Below, one piece after another: positions 42,878 through 54,271 of a DNA stretch of 64,000 nt. A model generated the notes under the pieces. It was given only the letters and a program-made list of their open reading frames with translations. It was not told the DNA's origin and made no database searches. This stretch comes from Paramoeba atlantica (lineage: Eukaryota > Protista > Discosea), in the NCBI GenBank assembly GCA_977017575.1, contig CDRNVI010000038.1, forward strand, positions 62,001 through 126,000, read 5' to 3'. Numbering within the stretch: the first letter of the stretch is position 1; the number at the start of each line of letters is the position of its first letter. The position numbers and the translations under genes are program-made.

Positions 42878-45800
42878 ATTATAGACACGTCGTAGAAGAT
42901 TTCTCCGGTGCTCCAGAAAATGGCCAGATCCGGCCCCGATCGGTATAGCTGTCGACCGGTGCAACATTTTTCATGAGTCATTTTATTCTCGGGTTCGACC
43001 TTTCGGCTACACACACCACACCGCCACGTACTGAAGGCTCGCGGCTCTTTTTCACACGGTATCCCCGCCTTATTCGCTAAGTCGAACAGGTATTTCACCA
43101 AGCTATTATGTTTTGTTGTGGCATTAAAACCGTAGCACTTCACGCATCCAGGTATGTGGTGTAGACCAGATTGACTGTTCAGTATTGTTTTGCACCCGGG
43201 GCATAACAGCTTCTCAGGTAGACGATGATGGGCTATTCCTAACCGCGTCATAATGGCCATCTCGAAGTGTCGCGATGGGACGAATCTAGCGGCAGACGTT
43301 AACCAGTCGTAACTTCCCTTGCGAGTAGTGGCGCTCAGTATTTTGGAAATATTTGGATTCTGTCTCAGTCTCTCCAGTACTTCCTCATGCTCTAAGGCTG
43401 CGATCGTTTTGTCATCTGTCGGGGGCTTTCGGTTTTGACCTTCGTTGGCAAGCGCTATATGATTTTCCACTGATCCACTCTGAGCAGAAAAGGATTTTTG
43501 TCGCTCATATGAGGAATACAATGAAGCTTCATACGCTGCTGCGCGAATTTTACTGCAGGACGTCAAACCTAAACCTCCCTTTTTAGCTGGTAACCGAGCC
43601 ATCTCGATCTGATTCGCCGTTAGGGATCCAAGCCATGTGCTCAAAACGTCTTCAACTTTCTCATCAAAACAGTCAGCGATCTGCTCAGTGATGTCAGGCG
43701 GATGTACACGCACTGCGTACTGCATCTTCACGTTTATGCTGTGGGATAATAAACTGAGCGACACATTGTTAAGCCCCATGATCTTCAGCCGACTGAAAGC
43801 TAAGTTATGTTGTTCAAGTTGGCCCGTCAGCCTCTCCGCCACCGTTGTATTCTTGCCAATGAATGCTCCCAACACCTTTGTGGCTTCATTTTCGTTGATG
43901 ACTCCCGCATTCTCGAGACATGGCGGAATCGCAATTTGGTTCCACCCGCCGAACCATACACATTTCTTGGCAGCAAGCTCTATAGATTGTTCCCTGACGA
44001 TTTCTTGGAGTCTGCCGAATGCTTTTTCGATGTCGGAGGCATTCAGAGATGATATTGTGACGTCATCGATGTATGCGTGTAATTCCACGTTCGGAAATTC
44101 CTGGGCCAGCGTCTCTAAAATGGGTTGCATATAGATACAAAAATAAAGAGAAGCTAACGGCGATCCCTGCCTGAGTCCCGACGAACTTGGCACGACTCCA
44201 AACAATTTGTTTTCCGATCCGTAGAATAGAAGTTCAGAGGTGCCAGAGTATTCGACCTGGAAGAATCTTTGAAATGGTCGCAACGCGCTAAAGGCGAAAA
44301 CGTGCTTTGCTATTTCTTTCCTGCATGGAGAATTAAACGCATTTTTAAAATCAATTGCGAGCATCGAATGACCTTTATTGTAACGCTCACGAAGTTTGTG
44401 GACTATTCGTTCGCATCCAGCCCAAGCAAATACTCCCTGTTGCATTGGAGTGAAGAGTGGTGCCAGAGTGTGTTCATACCGTTGCATGAGTACTATTCCA
44501 GCCAGTTTGTTGAGAACCTCGCCCATTGCTACGGGACGCACTCCTCCGTCCCCCTTCGGTATGGCGACCAGCCGAGCCCGGTTTAGACGCTGAGTTACAT
44601 CCTTCGAGAGAAAGCCGTTTAGAAGATCGCATATCATGTGACACAAGCTTCCGCAGGACACCTCGTCATCGGTCATGAGGCGCACAATACCGTCAGTCAT
44701 TCCCGTAGGCCCGGGGCTGACTCCTTTCGCCAGCCTTTTGGCAGCGCTACGTAGCTCTTCAGGTGTGACCCCAGCCAAGGTGGGCGCGTCTTCGGGTGCC
44801 TCAAAGTCACATGGTTTTTGAGGATGCAACTCTGTTAACTTGTCCAAAACCTCCTCGTCGGACAAATTGATTGATTTAAACTTTTGACTCAATGCTTTTG
44901 CCGCTTTAGACGCGCACCCTTCCAAAACTAGTCTCTTTGCTTTGTTAATGGCACGTAAATCCTGGGCAGCATCGCTGTCAACCGTCGCCTTCGGAGTGAA
45001 AGGTTTACGTCTTTTGCTGCGTTTATCCACATCTCGTATTGTCGCCAATGATAGTTTCATCGCTGACAATAGCCGATGCCAAATCTGGTTTCGTTGCGCA
45101 AAATCGACATTTGCGTAGTTCCGTATAATATCCCGCAGTGTGGCGACGACGCACGGAATAAATTCTGGACTCACCGTTCGCATGGTTGGGATCGGGAGAT
45201 GATCAATTCCCTCGTTTCCGCAAGTCAAATGCTCCGCTAGTTGATGATTTTCCATGAAAGAGTCTCGCCGTACGGTCTCGTCTATCGAGGGAGGGGCCTG
45301 GTGCCATAATATACGATAAACTCTTACGGCTTCTTGTGGCGGAAGCGTTCCTTTGAATTCGTCGCCGACGCTGTACCCACGAACTCCTTGATACAACATA
45401 GATAATTTCCCCAGACCTCCACGTTTGCTGTGTGTCCGTGTGACTTTCCCGATCGATACGTTGATCTCGTCGTTGCGATCGAATGTCCACACAATGGTGC
45501 ATTTTGTTCCCGCTTTGATCTGTTTAGATTGCTTCCATATCTCGTCCCCTGGTATCGGAAATTGGGTTTTAATATTGGTGGTTCCTTCCAAGCTCTCTGC
45601 CCATGCTTCGTCTATATGCCTCATATCTTCCTCCGCTCCATTTTCTCCGATAAATCGAATTCGCTGCTGCGGAACACTCTTCTCGGCATTTGCTGGCTCA
45701 CCGTGTACTATGTTGCTGATCCTTGCCATCTCGGTCAAACGTATTCCGTCTCCCGTGTTGTCGTCAATCAAGTTTGTTGGAGTTGTCAGTCTGGCATTTT

Positions 45801-46917
45801 CAATATTTCCTTGCACGTGATTAGTGGTTTCGTTCCCTATCTGCCTCACGTCGATCTGCTTAAGCAGGTCTTGTGGAGATTCGCAGTCGTGGTAGACAAT
45901 GTCCTCTCGCGATGTGATTTCGTCATCCCCCGAGGTTGTACCGCTGATCTTGGTGGGAGTAATCTCGCTAATTTTCTGCGGCGTTGCTCCCTTAGTTAGT
46001 CGCGTCACGTGGTCGTCCTTTCTTGCGTTGATACCACTTTTCCGGATGTTCTTGGGAGATTCCTCGTTCTTCTGATGTGTTGTGTGTGCCTCTGTATTCC
46101 TTCCGATTCTTGCCAAAATCTCCTCATTAACTAAGTTGAGCTTCGGTCTGCGCTTCGGACGGTTCAGAAACTTTGGCTTTCGTGGGGCAGTATTGATCTC
46201 CCCTTCTATGTCTCTTACTCGGTTTTCTTCTGCTCGACTGTCTGGGGTCCGATTATTGCAGTTTTTGTTACTTCCTGGCGTTGTTGCTCCTGGCCTTGTT
46301 CCGCACATCTTTCCTTCCTCGTCCCTCTCTCGGTCCTTTCTCGATCCCACGTCGTCCGCAGTCGTCGCATTTCGTGTGGCCCGATTTCGGCTGAAGTTGA
46401 TCAATTCGCGCGTAGATGATACGATTTTAATTTTTCTGGGTACTGGCAATGGCAGTGGCAACTGGTTATCCACTTTGGACTTCGAGTTTTCTTCCGTGGA
46501 AAGCGTCGCAAGCGGATGGCGACTCGGTGATTGTGACAAAGGCAGCGCGGCTGGAGGGGGAGAAGGCGCGGCGGGAGGAGAAGGCGGCGCTAAGGGGGGA
46601 GTAGAAGGTGGCGCGGCGGGAGGAGGGGAAGGCGATCGCGTCGTAGGGAACGACAGCGCGCGCGGCAGAGGAGGAGGCGACATTGGGAGCGGCAGCGCTG
46701 GAGGTGGTGATGGCGCACGCAGCGGAGTAGGAGGAGGTGACGGTAGAGGAATTGACGGCTCGCGCGGAGGCGGTGGAGGCGACGTCGGTGGAGGAGAAGC
46801 GTCCGACGATGGCGCCCGCCCTAAAGGGTATTTTTTCTTCCGGCGGGTAGGCGGCAGCGGCTGGACAACGGGAGCTACTCCCGTCTCCTTCGCGCGGCTC
46901 CGGGTGAACATGCCCAT
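42878..46917 (-). CDS. Family A3 RT-RLE ORF, open up to the insertion
   Basis: Same motifs as A1. Confidence 0.9.
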
Positions 46918-46952
46918 GAAGGGTGAGAGAATAAGAAAAGGAAAAAAGACAA

Positions 46953-47666
46953 CAAGCGAAGTCAAGATACATCCCATCCCCACAGTTCACGTTGATGATC
47001 ATGGCTCGTCTAGGGTTGGCTCACAGCGAGATGCCCAATACAATACTGTGCCCCGGATGCAAAATGATACTCGAAGCGAAAAATGCGTTACCACACTTCC
47101 TGGGATGTGTGAAATGTTTCGGCTCAAATGCTACTACACGGCACAATGCCTTAGTTCGACACATATACGATCTGTGCCTGAAAGCTGGTCTTCCGTGCGA
47201 GCGAGAGCCTCGGCAGTTCTCGACATTTCGTTGTGTGAAGTGTGCAGAAACGGTGGCTGATGGCCAAAAACTACATCATCAGAGGAAATGTGGCACACAT
47301 TCGTTTCACCGCAGTGGACCTGACTTAGTTGTGTTCTGGGCGACAGGCGAAGTTTATTACGATCTCACAGTAGTCAACGAACTTGCGAAATCACACTTGG
47401 GAAAAAAAGCGAGTCACCTATTACAAGAGGCTCAAAAAAAGAAAGTCGCAACATATGTGGACTCCAATTTAATTCCGCGCGAGCAATTCGTATGCCTACC
47501 GCTTTTGACAGGTGGTGCCATGAACAAGAGCACTATAAATTTCCTCCATAGCCTCGCGGATGCAAACGGATTCGAACGCCGTCATATTCTTGAGGACTTC
47601 AAGTTGCTTCTTTAAGAATTGAACGGAGCTCTCCTGGCTTCGCAACTGCGAAAGACAATGCAATAA
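46953..47666 (+). pseudogene. Family E piece 3: CCHC finger and RLE
   Basis: QAKSRYIP follows NDWL of piece 2; CPGC, RH, GPD; premature TAA at 47613-47615. Confidence 0.83.
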
Positions 47667-48189
47667 AACAGGTCATCTCATATTACAAGATGTTAATATT
47701 GAGGGAGATACGGAGTATCTAACTCGCTTACTAAGGTTAATTCCAAAACTTGAAAATGCCCCTCAAAGAAGCGAGAGATCGAGTTTTTTCAAAATTTTAA
47801 AACGTAGCAGTAGCTCATTAGATGAACTCTTTAATACTCAAAAAATCATCTACAACGACCTCATTTCCCAAATTGTAGAACACTTTTGGTAAAAAAAGTG
47901 CGTCTGCAAAGGTCTGCGATACGACAAACTGGTTGACTAAGGAGAGTCCTTTGAGTAGTCCAGTTGGTAAAGGGGTTCCATTTTGACGCTGGATGTCCGC
48001 GGTTCGGTTCCCGGCATCGACATTTTTGAACAAAAAAATTTATGTGCTCAAAATCGCGAAAAAAACAAATTCGGAACGATTTTTTTTTCAGATTTTTTTT
48101 TCTTGAAAAAAGTGGCCAGCTGGCCACCAAAAACACGGTTTGCATTTTGTATATATATAGAGAGAAAAATAATGTGCAGGTCCGAATGG

Positions 48190-49600
48190 TACAGTGTAGC
48201 TACAGTGGACCTTGAGAGAGTGAGAGCAGTGCCACGTGAGGCAGTGATTGCACAGTGATGCAGTGCAGCTGCAGTGGCACGTGCCAGAGTAAGTGCACTG
48301 CCACGTGAGGCAGTGACTGCAGTGATGCAGTGTAGCTGCAGTGGCACGTGAGAGAGTGAGAGTACTGCCACGTGAGGCAGTGACTGCAGTGTAGCTGCAG
48401 TAGCACGTGAGAGAGTGAGAGTACTGCCACGTGAGGCAGTGACTGCATCGGCACTGTACCTACAGTGGCACGTGAGAGAGTGAGAGCAGTGCCCCGTGAG
48501 GCAGTGATGCAGTGTAGCTGCAGTGGCACGTGCGAGAGTAAGAGTAGTGCCACGTGAGGCAGTGACTGCAGTGTAGCTACAGTGGCACGTGAGAGAGTAA
48601 GATTACTGCCACGTGAGGCAGTGACTGCAGTGATGCAGTGCAGCTGCAGTAGCACGTGAGAGAGTAAGTGTGCTGCCACGTGAGGCAGTGATTGCAGTGT
48701 AGATACAGTGGCAGAGTGACAGGCAGTGCCACGTGAGGCAGTGACTGCAGTGATGCAGTGCAGCTGCAGTAGCACGTGAGAGAGTGAGAGTACTGCCACG
48801 TGAGGCAGTGACTGCAGTGTACCTGCAGTAGCACGTGAGAGAGTGAGAGTACTGCCACGTGAGGCAGTGACTGCATCGGCACTGTACCTACAGTGGCACG
48901 TGAGAGAGTGAGAGCAGTGCCCCGTGAGGAAGTGATGCAGTGTAGCTGCAGTGGCACGTGCGAGAGTAAGAGTAGTGCCACGTGAGGCAGTGACTGCAGT
49001 GTAGCTGCAGTAGCATGTGAGAGAGTGAGAGTACTGCCACGTGAGGCAGTGACTGCAGTGTAGATACAGTGGCAGAGTGAGAGAGTAAGATTACTGCCAC
49101 GTGAGGCAGTGACTGCAGTGATGCAGTGCAGCTGCAGTAGCACGTGAGAGAGTAAGTGTGCTGCCACGTGAGGCAGTGATTGCAGTGTAGATACAGTGGC
49201 AGAGTGACAGGCAGTACCACGTGAGGCAGTGACTGCAGTGATGCAGTGCAGCTGCAGTAGCACGTGAGAGAGTGAGAGTACTGCCACGTGAGGCAGTGAC
49301 TGCAGTGTAGCTGCAGTAGCACGTGAGAGAGTGAGAGTACTGCCACGTGAGGCAGTGACTGCATCGGCACTGTACCTACAGTGGCACGTGAGAGAGTGAG
49401 AGCAGTGCCCCGTGAGGCAGTGTAGCTGCAGTGGCACGTGCGAGAGTAAGAGTAGTGCCACGTGAGGCAGTGACTGCAGTGTAGCTGCAGTAGCACGTGA
49501 GAGAGTGAGAGTGCTGCCACGTAAGGTAGTGACTGCATCGGCACTGTACCTACAGTGGCACGTGAGAGAGTCAGAGCACTGCCACGTGGGGCAGTGACTC
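48190..49600. repeat. Tandem array of about 59-64-bp variant units with CACGTG palindromes
   Basis: Unit such as GCAGTAGCACGTGAGAGAGTGAGAGTACTGCCACGTGAGGCAGTGACTGCAGTGTAGCT, over 20 copies. Confidence 0.93.
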
Positions 49601-49639
49601 ACGTTGAGTGAGTCCACTGAGTGAGTCCCACGGGGGTGG

Positions 49640-49830
49640 GAGAGTGTTGTGGAAGAGTGGCCAGCTGGCCATGTTGTGGAAGTGACCATGTTTTGGAAGT
49701 GGCCATGTTGTGGAAGTGACCATGTTTTAGAAGTGGCCAATTTGTGGAAGGGTGGCCAGCTGGCCATGTTGTGGAAGGGTGGCCAGCTGGCCACCAAAAA
49801 CACGGTTTGTGCTTCGTCGAAAAGTGGCCA
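49640..49830. repeat. About 17-bp GTGGAAGTG(A/G)CCATGTT repeats with GTGGCCAGCTGGCCA palindromes
   Basis: Visible tandem units. Confidence 0.85.
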
Positions 49831-49901
49831 CCTGGCCTTTCTGTTCCTGGGAAACCTGTGATGTGCCTAGTCAACCTATGCCCGCAGAGGCGACCCCACT
49901 C

Positions 49902-49984
49902 GCACATTGATAATGCATAACGTGCCGCACATTGATAATGCATATAGCACATTGATGATGCATATAGCACATTGATGATGCATT
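49902..49984 (-). repeat. Four copies of a 20-bp repeat, inverted relative to 50410-50656
   Basis: GCACATTGAT(A/G)ATGCAT. Confidence 0.88.
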
Positions 49985-50409
49985 ATTTGGAAATTAAAGG
50001 TGTTTTCAAGAAATAGTGAACACTCGTCTCTGCTCCCGGTGAGGCCCCGGAGTTGCGAGAGGCCTCCATACCCCACAACTACCACCTCCCCCCCCTATTT
50101 AGCGGGGGTCGCGCGAGCGGGGTGAGGCCCTGCTACATAGGGGGGGAAGGTGGTAGTTGTTTTGGGGAATATGAGAGGCCGAACGCACGGAGGGGCCGGC
50201 CGGGCCAATGAACCCAGACACCATACCCAACCCCTAGCAAAGCCTAGACCTTGTTTACCCGTTTGCAAGACAAGAATGTGTGTCGTTAGTGGGAAGCAAT
50301 TTGCGAAGTCGAAAGGCTGTGTGATATTAGTGTAACGCGCATAAGTACATGCCCGTGTGTATATAAAGGACGCACATTTATGGATAAGAATCGGATGTCT
50401 TTGTCACTC

Positions 50410-50656
50410 TTATCAATGTGCTATATGCATTATCAATGTGCTATATGCATTATCAATGTGCTATATGCATTATCAATGTGCCGCTTAATATGCATTATCA
50501 ATGTGCCGCTTAGTATGCATTATCAATGTGCTATATGCATTATCAATGTGCTATATGCATTATCAATGTGCTATATGCATTATCAATGTGCTATATGCAT
50601 TATCAATGTGCTATATGCATTATCAATGTGCCGCTTAGTATGCATTATCAATGTGC
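50410..50656 (+). repeat. Twelve copies of a 20/25-bp repeat
   Basis: TATCAATGTGCTATATGCAT. Confidence 0.93.
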
Positions 50657-51895
50657 GGGCGCCGACTAGTGAATGGTACGCTAATGATTGAAGATGAAAT
50701 CATTGTAAAGAACGAGAAGACCAAAGAAGAATTAAGCTCATACATTAAAGAAAATGGAAGGCCTGGTAAAATTTTGGATTGCACAGCCTTCTCAATAGCT
50801 GGCATCTCGGCCTCAACAGTAGACGGAAATCTTTCGGCTGAATTTCGAAAAAGTGATATTGATGATGAGCTTGAAATTGGGTGCGGCTTCTCTTACACCA
50901 TTCACAAAGTACAGGGAGCTACTCTTACAGAAAATGTCTGCATAGACTTGAACCGCAGACCAACATGCTATCACAGCAAGATGTTGTGTCATGCCTCGGT
51001 GTACGTGGCCCTCTCAAGAGTAAAAAGTGTGAGTCAACTTTGGTTACTCCCTGAAAGAAGTGATGGAGGCTTTAGCTACTTGGAAAACTTGCGACCCAAC
51101 GCCGACGTTTCGAAATTCGTGAAACTTATGACGCAGAAGGAAGGCAATGAAAAATACGTACCTGAAAAAACTCTGTACCGTTGCCCTCCGCCATCTAAGA
51201 AAAAGAAACTGCAAATAAAGGGGGAATACCCTATGTCGCGCGAAAGTGAAACTTACACGCGACCCCAGTTAAAAGATCGGACGCAAGACAATCAGTGGAC
51301 ACAACCTGGACAATTTATACCGGACACAGTTATAAACACTTTAGGTTCAGTACTTTCAAGCCCGTCTGAAAGATATCAAGTATTGGATAGTTCTGTGACA
51401 ACTACGATTTTTAAGAGATATGCCACATCAGTAGGGGATTTACCGGCAGAAATAAGAACAAGAATTTTCTTGGCTGACCGCACTGCCGTTCCATTCTTTT
51501 TCAATCAACACTTCGCTCTATGTGTTATCGTACCGCATGAAAATAAAGAAGGCGGAAAGTTACTTTGGTTCGATTCCCTGCCTAACCACAATCCGAGGAG
51601 AAGAACTGAAGTGCTCTTAGATGTGCAAACTGTTGCGCAAAATATCTTTCACGGAGCACATGGCTGGGAGATTATACAGGGCTCAACCTTGGTGCAAGAT
51701 GATGGCACCAATGACTGTGCTTTATTCGTTTGCCGTTGGATGATTCAGTGCGCAACTCCAGGTCTCGAAACACCTCCTGAACTGTCTCGTACGGAACTTG
51801 CTCAGATCGTCAGCCGGGAATCGGTAGAAGCGGTATGGGCAAAAGAGCGAAGAACAAGAAATACAGTGGAACAAGAAATGTACAGTGGAAAATAG
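50651..51895 (+). CDS. 5'-truncated PIF1-family helicase C-terminus fused to a Ulp1/C48-like cysteine protease
   Basis: LVNGT, TIHKVQGATL, YVALSRV; protease HFAL, FDSL, QDDGTNDC; ATG supplied by the last repeat unit. Confidence 0.78.
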   Translation: MCGRRLVNGTLMIEDEIIVKNEKTKEELSSYIKENGRPGKILDCTAFSIAGISASTVDGNLSAEFRKSDIDDELEIGCGFSYTIHKVQGATLTENVCIDLNRRPTCYHSKMLCHASVYVALSRVKSVSQLWLLPERSDGGFSYLENLRPNADVSKFVKLMTQKEGNEKYVPEKTLYRCPPPSKKKKLQIKGEYPMSRESETYTRPQLKDRTQDNQWTQPGQFIPDTVINTLGSVLSSPSERYQVLDSSVTTTIFKRYATSVGDLPAEIRTRIFLADRTAVPFFFNQHFALCVIVPHENKEGGKLLWFDSLPNHNPRRRTEVLLDVQTVAQNIFHGAHGWEIIQGSTLVQDDGTNDCALFVCRWMIQCATPGLETPPELSRTELAQIVSRESVEAVWAKERRTRNTVEQEMYSGK

Positions 51896-52240
51896 AAAAG
51901 AAATTAGAGTAAATTGATACGAAAATCACATTCATTTTGAATACCTTCTTCGTGAGAAGAGGGTCCTCAGACAATTATCTCTCGCATTGACGTGGCGTCT
52001 GAGCTTAATGCCTGTTGGCTAACCAAGCAGAGATACATAAAGAACTGTCAACGAACGAAATGTTCCGTATGCACGACCTGGTGTAAGTGTTGGGGGAACC
52101 TCGGTTCCGTCTCACTGAGCCAGTGAACGTGCCCATAGGTGCACTTTTGCATTATTAAAGTACAACATAAAGGGCTCAATGCTTAACATAAACAAGACGT
52201 AAGTAGAATCGAACATAGACCTCCCAGAGGCAAAATGTTA

Positions 52241-52804
52241 GCCGGGCGGGCCCCTCAAAAAAAAGATTTCAGAAGCCTGTTTTCTTCAAGATTACCTGCC
52301 ACGAGGTAAAGCACTCCCCGCGCCAGCGGGTCTGCACCGCCTCGAAGGGCCCGCCGGGCGGGCCCTTCAAAAAAAAGATTTCAGAAGCTTGTTTCCTTCA
52401 AGATTACCTGTCACGAGGTAAAGCACTCCACGCGCCAGCAGGTCTGCACCGCCTCGAAGGGCCCGCCGGGCGGGCCCTTCAAAAAAAAGATTTCAGAAGC
52501 TTGTTTCCTTCAAGATTACCTGTCACGAGGTAAAGCACTCCACGCGCCAGCAGGTCTGCACCGCCTTGAAGGGCCCGCCGGGCGGGCCCTTCAAAAAAAA
52601 GATTTCAGAAGCTTGTTTCCTTCAAGATTACCTGTCACGAGGTAAAGCACTCCACGCGCCAGCAGGTCTGCACCGCCTCGAAGGGCCCGCCGGGCGGGCC
52701 CTTCAAAAAAAAGATTTCAGAAGCTTGTTTCCTTCAAGATTACTTGTCACGAGGTAAAGCACCACCTGCGCCAGCGGGTCCGCACCGCCTCGAACGGCCC
52801 GCCG
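52241..52804. repeat. 112-bp tandem repeat x5 with a 25-bp GC palindrome
   Basis: Units at 52241, 52353, 52465, 52577, 52689; GAAGGGCCCGCC-G-GGCGGGCCCTTC. Confidence 0.95.
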
Positions 52805-52806
52805 TA

Positions 52807-53013
52807 TAACCCAGATTGAAAGGGGCGAGGGAGATACGAAGCAACAGGCGTGGCAGATTCCCACTGAAAAGAAATGGTATCTCCCGCACGAAGTTTGTCT
52901 CCGAGCTAGAAAGCACAAAGGCTTTGCTCGTGCGGGGAGATACCATTTCTTTTCAGTGGGAATCTGCCACGCCTGTTGCTTCGTATCTCCCTCGCCCCTT
53001 TCAATCTGGGTTA
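52807..53013. repeat. 207-bp foldback (85-bp arms, 36-nt loop)
   Basis: 52807-52891 is the reverse complement of 52928-53013 with one indel. Confidence 0.93.
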
Positions 53014-53039
53014 GAAGATTTTATCATTACTAAGATCAC

Positions 53040-53205
53040 TATCAGATTACAACCAAACATTAAAATCCTACAAAATCCTGCAAACCATGGTAGTGGGACA
53101 TCCTCAGACAGCAGTAAAAATATTAGGCGCATACATCGGTCAGGATAGAATGGTAAATGAATGCTTATTAAAGAAGTTCGACAAACACGATGTATGCGTA
53201 AACGA
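53040..53205 (+). pseudogene. Short plus-strand CRE RT fragment
   Basis: Translates VKILGAYIGQDRMVNECLLKKFDKH. Confidence 0.65.
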
Positions 53206-53209
53206 GGCG

Positions 53210-54090
53210 GTTTATGCAATGACACTACCGGCATTCGCGTACTGCGATACGTTAGCCTGGTGGTAATTTCCGTCGTCGATTCCGTCGAACCTCTTGTTTC
53301 CGTCGTTCCTCTATGCGCGTCTTCGCCTCGATCTAACGGTTCTTGACTTGTAGGTTGTGGCATTGATTGCAGTGCCATCGGTGCTGGTGGTGGTGCTGAA
53401 GGTTGGCATGTTATTTCGTTTGGTGGTGATATCAGTTTCGACGACGAATGCGGCGGTGAAGGGGCTTGACGACGATTACGTGCTGCTCGGGTGGGAAAGT
53501 GGGAAGGGAAATGAGCGGCTAGCGTATCGTAAAAGGATGAGGTTTTCTTGGCCGTCTGTTGTGGTGTTGATCGAGGTGGGCTCAATGGTGGAGGCAAAGA
53601 GGGTGGAGATGGTGCGATCGGAGTTGGCATCGGTTCAGGTGGTGATATCTTTCGCAGTGTCGACTGTTTCGCTTGGACTGTTGATCGAGGTGGGCTCAAT
53701 GGTGGAGGCAAGGGCGGCGGAGATGGTGGGTGCGGTGTCGGAGTTGGCATCGGTTCAGGTGGTGACGTCGTTCGCAGTGCCGACTGTCGTTGTGCTGGCG
53801 AAGATTTTGGTGTTGATCGTGGTGGTGACGGCACGGCCTGTGGCCCCAATGATGACGGAGCTGGTGGTGTTAGCGGTGGTTCCGGCGGTGACTGTGGCGC
53901 CGTTCTTGACTGTGGCGTTCTTGACTGTGGCGTCGCTGCCTTTTCCGCGTGGCGCTGGCTTTTCGTCCGACGTGTGGGGGGGAGCGACTGGACGACGGGA
54001 GCTACTCCCGTCTCTTTCGCTTTGGCACGCGTGAGCATGCCCATTTTTAGAAAAGAGTAGGAAAAAACAACAACAACAACAAACTAGACA
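53210..54090 (-). mobile_element. 5' fragment of CRE family G (ORF from 54044)
   Basis: MGMLTRAKAKETGVAPVVQSLPPTRR, Pro-rich; (TTG)n-pyrimidine 5' UTR. Confidence 0.78.
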
Positions 54091-54271
54091 CCTCTACCCC
54101 CAACAGCGCAAACAAACACCACAACCTCGCCATGCAGCACACCATTGTATTATATATAGGAGGTATATATTGTATTGTATATAGGAGGTAGCTTAGGAGC
54201 ATGGATTGATCGCTGATTTCTTCGGTTATACCTCTCCGGCTTGGCATCGGTGAAAAAGATGACTACATGGA

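Larger units (their letters stand above)
41623..46956 (-). mobile_element. CRE-like family A copy 3, interrupted by a 677-bp insertion
   Basis: Poly(A) 41623-41638; ORF 46917 to 42878 plus 42200 to 41860; 5' CTTGTTG. Confidence 0.92.

Noticed and set aside
48048-50085. Long ORFs with His/Leu/Cys repeats
   Set aside because: Translations of the tandem arrays in several frames; no independent coding evidence.
52241-52804. Possible CRISPR array (regular palindromes)
   Set aside because: Intervening sequences are near-identical rather than unique spacers; no cas genes; eukaryotic context. The same applies to the 20-bp and 59-bp arrays.
52807-52812. Telomeric repeat
   Set aside because: Single TAACCC; no telomeric array anywhere in the window.
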